Source: Octopus sinensis
Lineage: Eukaryota
DNA: 64,000 bases
Assembly: GCF_006345805.1 (NCBI RefSeq)
Contig: NC_043021.1
Coordinates: forward strand, 11,594,001 to 11,658,000
Direction of reading: 5' to 3'
In this document: piece after piece, positions 13,783-27,486 of the stretch
How positions within the stretch are numbered: position 1 is the first letter of the stretch
Layout: the number at the start of each line of letters is the position of its first letter
Notes under the pieces: generated by a model
Told to the model about the DNA's origin: nothing
The model's input: the letters and a program-made list of their open reading frames with translations, nothing else
Databases searched by the model: none
Made by a program: the position numbers and the translations under genes

Positions 13783-14903
13783 CGCACACACACGTATACA
13801 CACAACTTCGATGATCGATTTATAATGGTAACCGAAAGATACGATTCTGCCCCAAACGTCACACCTCGTCTCACCAAACACAAACTTATATATTTCACAA
13901 ATAATATAAACTGTTCTTTTTATAGATAGATGGATAGATATTTTGTTTGTTTTTCTTTTTAATTATGCCTAACCAATACAAGTTCTCTATAGAGAAGGGG
14001 ACACTTTTGCAGGTTTGTTTTTTGTTTTTTGTTACTCCACACCTTATATATATATATAGAGATATAGTAAAACCTTGCTTAAACTGCCTTTGTTATTTCA
14101 TTTGATGTCGTTTCCCCACACTTTTGACCTGTCTGTAGCCTTCTCTTTTTTTCTTAATTTAAACTTTCTCATAGAATATATATACGGGAGAGCAGAATTG
14201 GCTCTAATTTAAGGGAGGTTAAAGCCTTTTTTGTTTTGTTATTTTTGTTCTCCACTTCTATATTAAAAACCTTATATTTTGTTATTTTCTTTTGATATTT
14301 ATGGCCCCAATATTTCAAGCAGTCTATATAACATTGCTGTTTTTTTCTTCTTCTTCTTATATCTAAACTTTCTCATAAATATATATATGGGAGACAGAAG
14401 AGAAAACAATTATCCTTATATAAGGCAGGGTTAAAAACTAAACATCTAGCTATTCATAACGAAAAGTGAGCCACGACTCGAAAAAAAAAAAAGGTGAAGC
14501 AGAATGTCGAGACGAAAGGGATGGGTTTTAATGACATTTGTTTAAGTGTTTTAAAAGAAAAACTTACGTTTAGCACTGGGGGCTCTCTCTCTCTCTCCCC
14601 CCTTTCATTACTGTTCTACACAGCCGTACTTTCGTACTCACGGAAACCCATCGTTGTGGATATTTATTTTGTTAATGTAGTATATGTAGGAGGGTGTTAA
14701 TCCGTAGTTTCGTATCTAAAGGAAATGTTACACATACATTGTGTGTGTGTATATAGGTGTATGGGTGTGTGTGTGTTTACGTATGTATATATATATGTGT
14801 GAGTACATATGCACGAAGGTATTTACTTTTATATTGACAGGAAATACATACGTATACACACACATATATATATACTTATATATATATATAACTGCTTCTC
14901 TAA

Positions 14904-14953
<50 letters not shown>

Positions 14954-15724
14954 GGACAGATAGATAGAGAGACAGACAGAGAGAGAGAGAGACAGAGGGA
15001 GAGTCATAGTTTTAGTTTCGTATATGTGTATGTGCACGCGTGTATGTATGTATGTATATACACAAATATATGTATATATATATATATTTGTATTTATATA
15101 AATATATGTAAGTATAGATTATGGATTTATGAATGGAAAGAAAGGAAGAAGAAAGTGTGGGGGGGGGAAGAGAAACAGTAAAATAGAAGAGAGAGAGAGA
15201 TAGAGAGGTATCGTATATATTTATATCTTCTGTCAGGGTACTTCCTCGTGGAGAGGAACCGACGAGCAAAGTGTATATGTAGGTAATATATATATATAAT
15301 ATAATCTATAGCTATATCTAGAACGACCTATGAAAATACAGATGGTTTACTAATTAAAACAGCTGTATAGTTTCTGTCGTTTACTATAAGAGAAACAAAA
15401 ACACATGTATTCAAGTACGGCAGATTAGACTACAGATAAAAAAAACTTCATTTAGTACCAATGTTTATAAGATTGAGTGAGCATCGAGCACTGGACGTTA
15501 GGATCTTGCCTCACGATTTCGTTTCTGCTACGATAATCTTTTGTTTTATTTGTTTCGGTGGACTGCGGCTATGCTGGGGCACCGCCTTGCTAGTTTTAGT
15601 GAAACAAATTGACCCAAGTTCTTGTATATTTGGTTTTTGTTAGTTTTTTTTTTAAAGCTGGGAACGTATTCTATTTACTTGGAAAAGGATGCGTGGCGTT
15701 CGATCATATAATAATATAAATTAG

Positions 15725-15960
15725 TGGAGGCGCGTGGCTTAGTGGTTAGGGTGTCAGCATCATGATCGTAAGTTTGTGGTTTCGATTCCTGGACCGGGCG
15801 ATGCGTTGTGTTCTTGAGCAAAACACTTCATTTCACGTTGCCCCAGTCCACTCAGCTGGCAAAGAGGAGTAACGCTGCAATGGACTGGCGTCCCGTCCAG
15901 CTGGGGAATACATACGCCATAGAAACCGGGCCCATGAGCCTGGTTAGGCTTTAAAAGGGC
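15725..15960 (+). mobile_element. tRNA-derived SINE family C with a CORE-like central segment
   Basis: Head tggcttagtggttaggg..gtttcgattcc, central gtgttcttgagcaaaacacttcatttcacgttgc..cagtccactcagctg. Related copies at 6187-6350, 45111-45230, 6920-7268 (-) and 58541-58860 (-). Confidence 0.75.
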
Positions 15961-17291
15961 GAAATGCTTAGCGGTATTTCGTCTGCTTTTCCGTTCTGAG
16001 TTCAAATTCCGCCGAGGTCGACTTTGCCTTTCATCCTTTCGGGGTCGATAAATAAATTACCAGTTTCGCACTGGGGTCGATGTAATCGACTTAATCCCTT
16101 TGTCTGTCCTTGTTTGTCCCCTCTATGTTTAGCCCCTTGTGGGCAATAAAGAAATATATAATAATATAAATTATATATGCATATATACAAAGATATATGC
16201 ACATACCTACATATATATGTATATATATGCATATATGGGTACAGGACATAAAAAAAACGTTGAACACAATGAGAAACGAAAACATAAAAACAAAAACATA
16301 GAAATGAACTTTTTTTCGAACAACGAAAAAAACAGAGAAACGAGACATGCAACATAAAGAATATTCCCCTTCATCAGTTGTCCCTGTTTCAGCTACTCCA
16401 CGTTATGAAGGCAGGGACTATCATCTCTTTTGCCGCTAAGTCACGGGGACGATCCCCCACTTATTTTGTTAATTAGGGGGGATTTTTGAAGAACAAGGAG
16501 GAATTCGCGGCTTGTTCAGTGAACAAACGAAACACACTACCTGGCAGTGGCTAAAACGCAAACTGATCAAGTTTATGAATAAATTTTCTTTTTGTATGTT
16601 TGTGTCCTTTTACACAATATTAAAACAACGGCTAAAATTTTTCTGAAGCAACACCCCAACAAATATCATCGACTAGCTGCCACTGCACTCTACTGTCTAA
16701 AAATATACATACATACATAGTGGCTGTCCCCCCCTCGTTATCGAGTATGGCCATTGCACGAAGCTTAATCAATGTTGTTATCGTGCAATGCCTGTGCCAG
16801 AAGATTTTTTTTAAAGTAAGGAAAGGCTGTGCACTGAGTCAATCCCACTCACTAAGCAACACCAACCATAATCCGAAAAGAAGAACAAGTCAACATCATC
16901 GGTAACCACTGAGCCGCAGGTTTTATGTCGGAGTTATTCCAGTAACCTGAGTTACCTTCTCCTAGAACGATGCCCTAACAAAGGCTAGGAGTCCTTTACT
17001 CCCAATGGTTTAACCGCGCGATCGGGTATTCAGTCCGATTATTTCTGTGTCCCCGCGCATGATACATCCTTAAGACATTTATTGGATGGCCGTTGACTCT
17101 CAAGAGTTCCTCCGCCCTTTGACGGGTTTTGTTTTTCATCCCACAGGGTGTCCAATAAACACCCATATACATACATACATACATAGTAGATAAAAAGAAA
17201 ACGAAGAACAAACGTAAGAAAAACAACAATAACGCGAGGACGTGGTACATGCAAAGTATAAGCAGACGTTCAGAGAAGGAAAGAAAGGTGG

Positions 17292-17324
17292 TTTCACGTT
17301 TCGAGCAATGTTCTTCTTCAGAAA
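17292..17324 (-). ncRNA. Hammerhead-like motif (CUGAAGA core, G at position 17) in a related relic (~17185-17400)
   Basis: Minus strand TTT-CTGAAGA-A-GAAC-ATT-GCTC-GAAA-CGT-G-AAA. The flank (aacgcgaggacgtgg) is shared with the 29165-29375 relic. Confidence 0.5.
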
Positions 17325-18525
17325 GAGGTGGCAGAGGAAAGTCCAAGAAAAAGGAAGACGGAGGGAAAAAAATCGCCAACGATTCACATGGAGTTACATT
17401 TAGAAATGTAACACACATACATACGGAGAGAGAGAGAGAGAGAGAGAGATAAAGAAAGGAGTTAGAGAGAGATTGTTAGTAAATAATAATATCCATGAAC
17501 CGTGCAAGCAAGTTTAGGAGCATATATATATATATGGGGGGGGGGATTCTGCATCTGGGTGTGTCTGTGGAGTTGTTAGCTAACTTCCCCTACATCATTT
17601 TAACAAATTTGATGAAACTTGACACGTGAGTAGAACACATGTCTGGAAACCTCATGGCATACTCAGATTGTTGAAAAAATCGATAATAGGACCCTTGGAA
17701 GGCATCCTTATATATATCTAATACATTTAATTTTAAAAACCAGGGGAAATAACCCATTCGACCCTGGAAGGGATCCTTATATATAGCTAAGGGAAATAAC
17801 CCATTCATTTTTCTAAATTATTTGGTAAAAATGAAAATGAGTATGTTTATTTCTTAGTATTTGAACAGTTAGAGTTATTTTTGCAATTTATCCAGTACAA
17901 CCCTTAAACAAGTAAATAGTATTTTCCTAAACAATAGACCCACTTATTTCGGTTAGTGGCTTATTCACAAATATACCAACACTAGCGCCTCTGGAGGTGA
18001 TATTCTCTGGGAACGCACAAAGGCCCTTTTCAGAGTTATTTACTTTGAATTCTTATCTCATATCTGATTAGTCTGTTATTACGTAACATGCTTCACGATT
18101 TTAGTACACATACCTTAGTATTTCCTCCTATATTCCATATACTCTTTGAATGCATTAAAGCCCTTATCGGGGCTACTTTATTTGAATTCTTACTATTAGG
18201 TAACTAATTTAATGTTATTACATAACTGACTTCACAATTTTGGTATTCGTAATTTACTACGGAATTCCTAAAAACAAGATCCTGTGTAAGACAGTTCGGT
18301 ATTCTCTGTAAATGCACAAAAACCGGTTTAAGGGCTACATACTTTGTATTGTTGGATTAGGGAAACAATTATGAGAACGGAACCAAGGAATAAGCCCTGC
18401 TTTCCCAGGAATTACCAGGTATGTCAGCTAGTATATATGCATACATACATACATACATACATACATACATACATACATACATACATACATACATACATAC
18501 ATACATACATACATACATACATACA

Positions 18526-18557
<32 letters not shown>

Positions 18558-19300
18558 AAATGATTAAGGTACTGGGAAGTACCAGCTTCGCTAGAAATAG
18601 GAGCCATGTGAACTCTGAAGTCACAGAGAGCTCACTTACGACTGGTTTCTTTCAGTTTCCGTCTACCTAATCCCCTTGATACCTAAACATCCAAAACCTA
18701 AAAACTATTCTTTACAAGTACCTCAAAGTTCCACCACCAATTGCTCTGACGAAAGAGAGCCTTAGAAAGTGTTTAGACATTCGGCTGTTTAGACTCCTGG
18801 ATATTTATCGTTGGTAAACGATGCATGAAAATGAATACCTTTGAAAGGATAGAGATGAGAAGCCATAAAATAAGACATCTCAACAAAACGCCTCCACCTG
18901 TTCTTAGGTCGGGAATCAGTATGGTAACTGATATGATATGGGATAGCAATGTTCATAAAAGCTGCGAGGAAAGGAATTAACAGATGTTATAACGAAAGCT
19001 GAAATTCACTGATTTAAATAATAAAAATGAGGGTTTGGTTATATCCAATGTTTTTAATATCATATATAACCACTGAAGCATGAAATGCAATGATTAGAGA
19101 AAATTATTCGGGCTTACCTGATATCTATTAATAATATATGATGTAGGGGAACGACAAAGCAGCATAAGTAAAACAGGAAAAAACACATACGTAGTGGAAG
19201 CGGATATGCTTAACACTCGTCAGTTATCGCTCAAAAATCACCACAATTTTGACACCTTTTGCTAAAATTTTGTATGCTCAACCACAAAGAGAAAATAAAG

Positions 19301-19578
19301 AAGAGCACTCAGAGAGCGCAAACCTCTGCCAAGGCAACACCAACGATTAGTAACCAGAGATGATTTTTAAAATGAGAATATCTGAAATAAACTCAACTGC
19401 TCTCACGAACGAGAATACTAAAAACGACCCCGACTGCTCTCGAAAGTTAAGTTAAAAAATAATCCAGAATCCTTGTCCGGTACCAGATCGATCCCAAAAT
19501 TTAATCAGTTCGTGCCAATCACGAGACCAATTATCCCTGAAAGTTTCATCCGAATCCATCCAGCGGTTCTTGAGATGT
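19301..19578 (+). mobile_element. Truncated copy of the 62895-63265 element
   Basis: Aligns from aagagcactcagagagcgca to gttcttgagat. Confidence 0.6.
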
Positions 19579-20112
19579 TAATTGTGATTGTTTTCCTAAT
19601 TGTTTATTCGTTGTTTTGTGTAAAATTCTCACTGTCCCCGTCTACTTTATTGTCCCCTGTATGTCGGCCTTAGTGGCCAATAGATGAAATAAATATAATA
19701 ATAATTTTTTCAATGTTTTTCATTATTGTTTATACTATGTATATACTTCACTTCTTTTAATATATACCGCGTGTACATATATATGTATGTATAGTGGAGG
19801 CACACGGCCTAGTGGTTAGAGCAGCGGACTCGCGGTCGAGGGATCGCGGGTTCGAATATCAGACCGGGCGATGTGTGTGTGTTTATGAGCGAAGCACCTA
19901 AGCTTCTTCCGGCAGAAGACAATGACGAAATTCTGCTGACTTTTTCGCCACAACTTTCTCTCACTCTTTCCTCCAGCATTTTGCAGCTCATCTGCGACGG
20001 TCCGGCGTCCCGTCCAGTTGGGGAACCTATACGCCAAGGAAACTGGCCCTTATGAGCCAGGCGTGGCTCGAGAAGGAACAAACAGTGTGTGTGTGTGCGT
20101 GTGTGTAGGGGC

Positions 20113-20246
20113 AATATAAGTTTTTCTCAAAAATGCTAAGAGTAAAAGATGTTTTATATGACACATTCTACCAGTGTCCGAAGTTTGAAAGTGTTTAGTA
20201 ATAAAAAATAATTTTTTTAAATCTGTATGTCAAAAGGTAAAGATCC
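20113..20246. mobile_element. Single-TIR fragment of the 1872-2481 fold-back element
   Basis: aatataagttttt...aaaggtaaagatcc matches the right arm at 2350-2481. Confidence 0.75.
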
Positions 20247-20644
20247 TGGAGCTAGATTTGGCAACCCCTAAGCAAATTTCGTTCCTGCACTAACACATCT
20301 AGCTTTAAAACCTATACCAAATAGTAGAAACGAACGCAGGAGGAAATGTGGACTCTGCAAGCAATTAAAATTAATTGCTTTCTCTGTTGAAATGCGATTA
20401 AGGACTATGACAGGTAGTAAGACACTGTGAGTTACGTCCTAATCAAGTTGATCTGGAAATTAAACGCAAGGATGCTTTAATCCATTTCACTGCAACCAGG
20501 TGGAATACATTGTTTGAGGATTCCAGCCCATCATATAAACACCAGCACTTATTTCAGACTGCTTTTTGCTTTATCGATTTCTGTTAACTTTCGATTTAAA
20601 ATAACTTAACGTGCCATTTTACACTAGTATACACAAATAATTAC

Positions 20645-20709
<65 letters not shown>

Positions 20710-22639
20710 TTATCTGTCTATCTCCATAGTTTCTGCTCTAAATGTAAGACTTCCTTTCTTTCACACAATAAATTATTTATTCCAATTTATAACGGCTTTG
20801 GATAAAAACGTAATTTTAGTCAAAGGGAGACAACTTCTTGTGTTTTTATTTCGTCAATATTTTTTCAAAATTAATTCCCTTTCTAGTGATTTTAAAAAAA
20901 ATCTTTTACGTGTTCCAATCATTAGACTGCGGCCATGCTATGGCACTACCTTAAAGGGTTTAGTCGAACAAATCGACCCCAATTCTTATTTTTCTATAAA
21001 CCTTGTACTAATCGGCCTCTATATGTTACAGGCCATAAACAATCCAACACTGGTTGACAAGTGATGGAGGCACAAACACAAACACACACACACAAACACA
21101 AGCCTACAAACACAGACACACACGCACACTAACACACATATATACACTAAAACATACACACACTAATGTGTGCACGGGCACGATGGCTTTCATACAGTTT
21201 CAGTCTATCAAATGCACTCTCAATGCTTTGGTCGGTCTAAGACGATATTACAAGGTGTTATGCACAGGGGCAGAACCCATAACCGTGTGGCTGGAAGGCC
21301 ATCGTCTATCCACTTCTTCTATTGGCAACAAAGGGGGTTCCCTTACCAGATGAGGGGCAGATTGTATGATGTGTAGCATTAGATTCGAACTCGCGTTTTG
21401 CCACATACGGACTTCAAATCACAGCTCAGTCACACTTTTATCATGTGTGTAACCAAGATCTTATGTAATCAATGGCTGTTGTTCACACGATAGTTCTGTA
21501 ACCTGTCTGGAACTTTTGGTGAGCACAGTCAATAAAGGTGCCAATTTCGCAAGTGTCCACGGACGGTAGAGCCGGTATGACGCTCTCCACTCTCGTCGAT
21601 TTTAGAGCGTCTTGGGTCAAGCTTCGAATTATACTTTCTCTGTAATTGTTCTAACGGCTGCATAATCAGTCGAGGATATCGAAGCCTAGTACTTATTCTA
21701 TCGGTCTGTTTTTATCGAATCGCTGAGTTACAAGGACGTAAACACAAAGCATCGTTTGTCAAGCGATGCTGGGAGGACAAACAGACACACAAACACATAC
21801 ACATGCTTGCATGCATACATACATGCATGCATACATACATACATACGACGGGCTTCTTTCAGTTTCCGTCTACCAAATCCACTCACGAGGCTTTGGTCGG
21901 CCCGACGCTATAGTACGAGGCACTTGCCCAAGGTGCCATGCATTGGGACTGAACCCAGAACCATGTGGTTGGTAAGCAAGCTACTTACCACACAGCCACT
22001 CCTGCGCCTATGCCAATGTTTAAGATTTGTACTTTAATGTGGCTTTGTATAAGACATATGGAGGTGCAATGGCCCAGTGGTTAGGGCAGCGGACTCGCGG
22101 TTTCGATTCCCAGACCGGGTGTTGTGAGTGTTTATTGAGCGAAAACACCTAAAGCTCCACGAGGCTCCGGCAGGGGATGGTGGTGATCCCTGCTGTACTC
22201 TTTCACCACAACTTTCTCTCACTCTTACTTCCTGTTTCTGTTGTACCTGTATTTCAAAGGGCCGGCCTTGTCACTCTCTGTGTCACGCTGAATATCTCCG
22301 AGAACTACGTTAAGGGTACACGTGTCTGTGGAGTGCTCAGCCACTTACACGTTAATTTCACGAGCAGGCTCTTCCGTTGATTCGGATAAACCGGAACCCT
22401 CGTCGTCGTAACCGACGGAGTGCTTCCATCCATAAGACATATATCATACACACACGTATTATATATGTAATAAAAGAGTGTGAACTTTTAGAATGGCAAT
22501 TGTGTAAAAACGTGCCGAGTGATCCAAGCGGATGGAAATTCAGAGGACGAAGATCTGCATAAGCTTTGAAATATATCCATAGACAGTGTGGTGGTGACTG
22601 GAACAGTTTATAGCGAGTTACTTTACATTAAGCAGTGGA

Positions 22640-22815
22640 ATGTACAATTCAGAGCACCTCATGGTCCCAGTAGACAAATTGGGAAAGGCGTTGCTCCAGA
22701 GAACGGCGAGGGAGATGCGTTGGATCTGCCACTCTCGCCCACGGGGCTCACATTTGCGGATAGACGGAGTCTGAATGTTATGAAAGAGATGACAAAGTCA
22801 GACGAGTGGTAAACT
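22640..22815 (+). mobile_element. Possible very old RTE ORF2 relic
   Basis: One frame reads LLQRTAREMRWIC and the adjacent frame LNVMKEMTKS..W, resembling the region before RWAGHV. Confidence 0.35.
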
Positions 22816-23314
22816 GCTGTACTCCAAAAGACTTATCCAATTCATTTTAGCATGAGGTTGGGGTGAGAAAGTGAACAGATGGTGACGATGCCGACGACGA
22901 CGATGGTGATAATGACGATTACGGACGCGTATTTCTTTGTGTTTGGTTTGTTTCCCTAATGCTGGACGACCGGTGTTGGTTTGATCACGTCACCGAAATG
23001 TTGCAGTTCTGCTAAAGAGACCAATAAAGTAAGAATTTTCAAAAATAATTATTATTGGGATCGAATTATTTCAAAGCTATGCCACAGCGCGGTCGCAGTT
23101 TAATGCCCGAAGCAAAAGTTACCTCCCTTGAAAGTTGTTTGCCTCCCTTGTAAGATAGGTGTGTGCGTGTGTGCTTTACTCTCTCTTTGACTCTAGGATG
23201 AGAGTACACTGTGGTTCATACAGAGCCGACCCTGGTGTGCTGGTGAAAGGTGATAGGTAGTGTTTCTTTTCAGCGTATGTTGTGCTTAAAAACGTGTTTA
23301 TATTCTTGAATGTA

Positions 23315-23720
23315 AGGCGCAGGAGTGGCTGTGTGGTAAGTAGCTTGCTAACCAACCACATGGTTCCGGGTTCAGTCCCACTGTGTGGCACCTTGGGCAA
23401 GTGTCTCCTACTATAGCCTCGGGCCGACCAAAGCCTTGTGAGTGGATTTGGTAGACAGAAACTGAAAGAAGCCTGTCGTATATATGTATATATATGTGTG
23501 TGTTTGTGTGTCTGTGTTTGTCCCCCTAGCATTGCTTGACAACTGATGCTGGTGTGTTTACGTCCCCGTCACTTAGCGGTTCGGCAAAAGAGACCGATAG
23601 AATAAGTACTGGGCTTACAAAGAATAAGTCCTGGGGTCGATTTGCTCGACTAAAGGCGGTGCTCCAGCATGGCCGCAGTCAAATGACTGAAACAAGTAAA
23701 AGAGTAAGAGTAAAGAGTAA
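23315..23720 (+). mobile_element. Full-length tRNA-derived SINE, family A (aggcgcaggagtggctgtgtggtaag...)
   Basis: tRNA-like head (tggctgtgtggt; gggttcagtccc), internal (AT/GT) tract and an (agagta)n tail. Many copies in the window. Octopus OK/OR1/OR2 SINEs are described, but I cannot say which family this is. Confidence 0.85.
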
Positions 23721-23965
23721 AAGTGTAGAATTAGATGATTATCCAGCTACAGTGTTGCTGCCAGGACTTGGAGAAATAGGGCAGATTTCTTTAGAAAACT
23801 ACACAAATACACAAAATATGAATTCGGGTGGAACAAAACTTGAAGAAATTGAAAAATGACAGCCAAACAGAGAAGATCCCTAAATTCCTAGAAACATTTT
23901 TTCCAACGTTCTGAGTCCTTTTTTGTTTCAAACCTTTGTGAAAATATATTTGATGAGAGTATTAC

Positions 23966-24392
23966 CTTACTCTTTTACTCTTTTACTTGTTTCAGTCATT
24001 CGACTGCGGCCATGCTGGAGCACCGCCTTTAGTCGAGCAAATCGACCCCGGGACTTATTCTTTGTAAGCCCAGTACTTATTCTATCGGTCTCTTTTGCCG
24101 AACCGCTAAGTGACGGGGACATAAACACACCAGCATCGGTTGTCAAGCAATGCTAGGGGGACAAACACAGAGATAAACACAGAAACACAAACACACACAC
24201 ATATATATATATATATATACATATATACGATGGGCTTCTTTCAGTTTCCGTCTACCAAATCCACTCACAAGGCTTTGGTCGGCCCGAGGCTATAGTAGAA
24301 GACACATGCCCAAGGTGCCACGTAGTGGGACTGAACCCGAAACCATGTGGTTGGTAAGCAAGCTACTTACCACACAGCTACTCCTGCGCCTA
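23966..24392 (-). mobile_element. Full-length SINE family A, inverted relative to 23315-23720
   Basis: Reverse complement aligns end to end. Confidence 0.85.
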
Positions 24393-25121
24393 TGGGAAGA
24401 TGAAAAGGGTGAGGTTTAGTGACAAGATGGGCATTGCTGCCTTGACAAACAGCTGTGAAAACAAAGATGACATCTTAGATATGTAATGTCAAAGGCGACT
24501 GTACATGTGTGGGGGAGAGTGTGTGTGCATGTGTGAGTGTGTGTGAATGTGTGTGCGTATGTGCATGTGTGCGTGCATATGTGAGTGTGTATATGTGTGT
24601 GTGCACGTGTGAGTGTGTGTGCATGCATGTTTGAGTGCATGTGTGTATGCATGCATATGTGGGCATGTGAGTGTGTGTGCGTGTATATGTGTGTTTCTAT
24701 GTGTGTGTGTGTGTGGGTGGGCAAGTTTGAACTAGGAAGTTGTATGTCTTTAATCCGGTTTGATCTGTGGTTGAACAGCAACAACAACAACAGCAACAGC
24801 AACCACAAAGTTTACCATCAGAAGTGGGTTGGGATGATTGAATGGTAGGATGGTGGTGATGGTAATGGTGTTGGTGGAGTTGGTGGAAGTGTTGCTATTG
24901 TTGCTGTTCTTGTTGTTGATGGTGATGGTGAGCAGCAAATTTTGTTTCTACCTTCATCCTCTACAGGTGACAGTGGTGGTGGTGGTGGCAGTAGTGTTTG
25001 TGGTAGTAGTAATAGTAGTGGGGGTGTTTGTGTAGTTGTAGTAGTAGTAGTAGCAGTAGTAGTAGTGGGGGTGTTTGTGTAGTAGTAGAAGTAGTAGTAG
25101 TAGTAGTAGTGGGGTGTTTGT

Positions 25122-25170
<49 letters not shown>

Positions 25171-25218
25171 CAGCAGTAGTAGTGGGGGTGTTTGTTGTAG
25201 TAGTAGTAGTAGTAGTGT

Positions 25219-25312
<94 letters not shown>

Positions 25313-25789
25313 CTGGTGACAACATCAAAAGCAGCAACAGCAGCAGCTTCAATTCCTGCGAAAACAACAACAACAACAACAGTAATAAAAATAAGAGCAA
25401 CAACAACTACAACAACAGCATTAATAAAAAAACATTGACAACATCAACAACAACAAAGATATTTAAGGTATGGGTGATGGCGCAGGTGGTAACATGGTAA
25501 CCTCATCGCTGATAAATTTGATAAAATTTAAACCAGATGTTCAACCCTGATATAAGGAGATAAGGGGGTTTTTTTGCTATCAGAGTTTGTGTGTGTGCAT
25601 GTATGTATAACCATCTGTACACACACACGCACACACACATATATATATATAATATATGATGATGATGATGATGATATATATATATGTGTGTGTATATATA
25701 TATATATGTATATATATACCGGAGTAAACACATAAATGTGAAACAAGGTGGAAAAAAGAGTACTCAAATACCAGTGGTAGAGTATATGC

Positions 25790-25876
25790 TTTATTTAAAG
25801 CAGCAGAAAATTCAACAAAACCTGTTACGGGAAACTCAGAGTAACAGGTTTTGTTGAATTTTCTGCTGCTTTAAAT

Positions 25877-25879
<3 letters not shown>
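25790..25879. repeat. Perfect inverted repeat with 39-bp arms and a 12-nt spacer
   Basis: tttatttaaagcagcagaaaattcaacaaaacctgttac-gggaaactcaga-gtaacaggttttgttgaattttctgctgctttaaataaa. Confidence 0.95.
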
Positions 25880-25963
<84 letters not shown>

Positions 25964-26062
25964 ATATATATATATATATAATATATATATACATATATGT
26001 ATATATATATATATATGTAGGTATGTACATATATGTATGTATATATGCATATATATATATAG

Positions 26063-26094
<32 letters not shown>

Positions 26095-26098
26095 CATA

Positions 26099-26577
26099 CA
26101 GGGGTTGGACAAAATAATGGAAACACCTAGCATCATAGCATCATAATTTTGAAACATCTATAAAACCCATCAAAAACTTGTTTATTAATGTATTTTTTTA
26201 AATTTTTTTATTAGTGTTGCTTGATGTGTTTTGCTAAAATTGCTGTTTCTTTTCCAGATATCATCAGAAAAAGTTAATTAAAATTCATTACAATGATAGA
26301 TCTATCAAACTTTCAAAGAGCTCAAATTGTTGATGCTCATATGGTTGGCACTAGCGTAACGAAAACAGCCAAAATGTTTGGTATATCATGAAGTACTGTC
26401 TTGAAAGTAACGACAGCCTTTGAGAAAGTAGGAAAAACTTCCTCGTCAAAACAAAACTCTGGAAGAAAGCCAAAACTTTCAGATAGGGACCGCCGGATTC
26501 TTACACGAATTGTTAGAAAGGATCACAAAAGTACAGCTCTCAAAATTACTGCAGATCACCTCGAAAACCCGATTTCA
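26099..26577 (+). mobile_element. Tc1-family transposon 5' fragment with a pseudogenised transposase N-terminus
   Basis: TA|CAGGGGTTGGACAAAATAATGGAAACACC TIR. From ATG 26293 it translates MIDLSNFQRAQIVDAHMVGTSVTKTAKMFGIS*STVLKV...SGRKPKLSDRDRRILTRIVRKDHK (HTH plus GRKPKL linker) with an in-frame stop. Confidence 0.85.
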
Positions 26578-26751
26578 TGGAAGGGCTGCAATCAGAAAAC
26601 CACTACTTGGTTGGAGGCCCAACCATCCATGTTCTTTTACAGACCTTAGAAAAACTGAAGAGCCACTGCAATAAGTGAGTGAAACTGAGAGAGGAAGATG
26701 TTGAATAAAATCATAATCAACAGATTGTCCTGCATTTTCAATTTTGCCAAA

Positions 26752-27486
26752 TGTGTGTGTGTGTGTAGTTTTCTAAGGGACAACAAGTTAAAAAAAAAGG
26801 GGCTATTTCCTGCCACTTAGAATAAAGAAATCAAGTTTAACCCTTTGGTGTTTAAGCCGGCCATATCCGGCCCAAATATCCTACATGTTTTACATTCAAA
26901 CTGGCCATATCTAGTCCCTCACACCTAACCTACATTGACATTCTAAGAAAAAATTATCACAACATTGAAACTTCATAGCTGTAAGATAATGTATGATTAA
27001 CTGAAAATAATTTGAGTGAAAAAAGTATTACATTTAACAGATTAATCTGAACACTAAAGGGTTAAAGTCTGGGAGTGAATAAACATTTAATCCATAATTG
27101 TAAGTTGTGTGTGTGTGTGTAGTTTTGTAAGGGGCAACAAGTTAAAAAAAAAGGGGCTATGTCCAACTACTTAGAATAAAGAAATCAAGCTTAAAGTCTG
27201 GAGTGAATAAACATTTAACCATAATTGTAAGTTGTGGGTGTGTGTGTAGTTTTGTAAGGGGCAACAGTTAAAAAAAAAGGGGCTATGTCCACTACTTAGA
27301 ATAAAGAATCAAGCTTAAAGTCTGGGAGTGAATAAACATTTAATCCATAATTGTAAGTTGTGTGTGTGTGTGTAGTTTTGTAAGGGGCAACAAGTTAAAA
27401 AAAAAGGGGCTATGTCCAACTACTTAGAATAAAGAAATCAAGCTTAAAGTCTGGGAGTGAATAAACATTTAATCCATAATTGTAAG

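Noticed and set aside
16365-16420. CTGATGA and GAAA on the minus strand
   Set aside because: Order and spacing do not fit hammerhead types I, II or III.
18735-18770. ctgacgaaagagagccttagaaagtg
   Set aside because: No convincing stem I or stem III pairing.
23721-23859. Protein-like tail VELDDYPATVLLPGLGEIGQISLENY... of ORF 23536-23859
   Set aside because: The first half of the ORF is SINE sequence, and there is no splice acceptor or homolog.
24400-24486. Short ORF MKRVRFSDK...DM* with an RVxF-like motif
   Set aside because: Only 28 codons, no acceptor (it directly abuts a SINE), and the motif is short enough to arise by chance.
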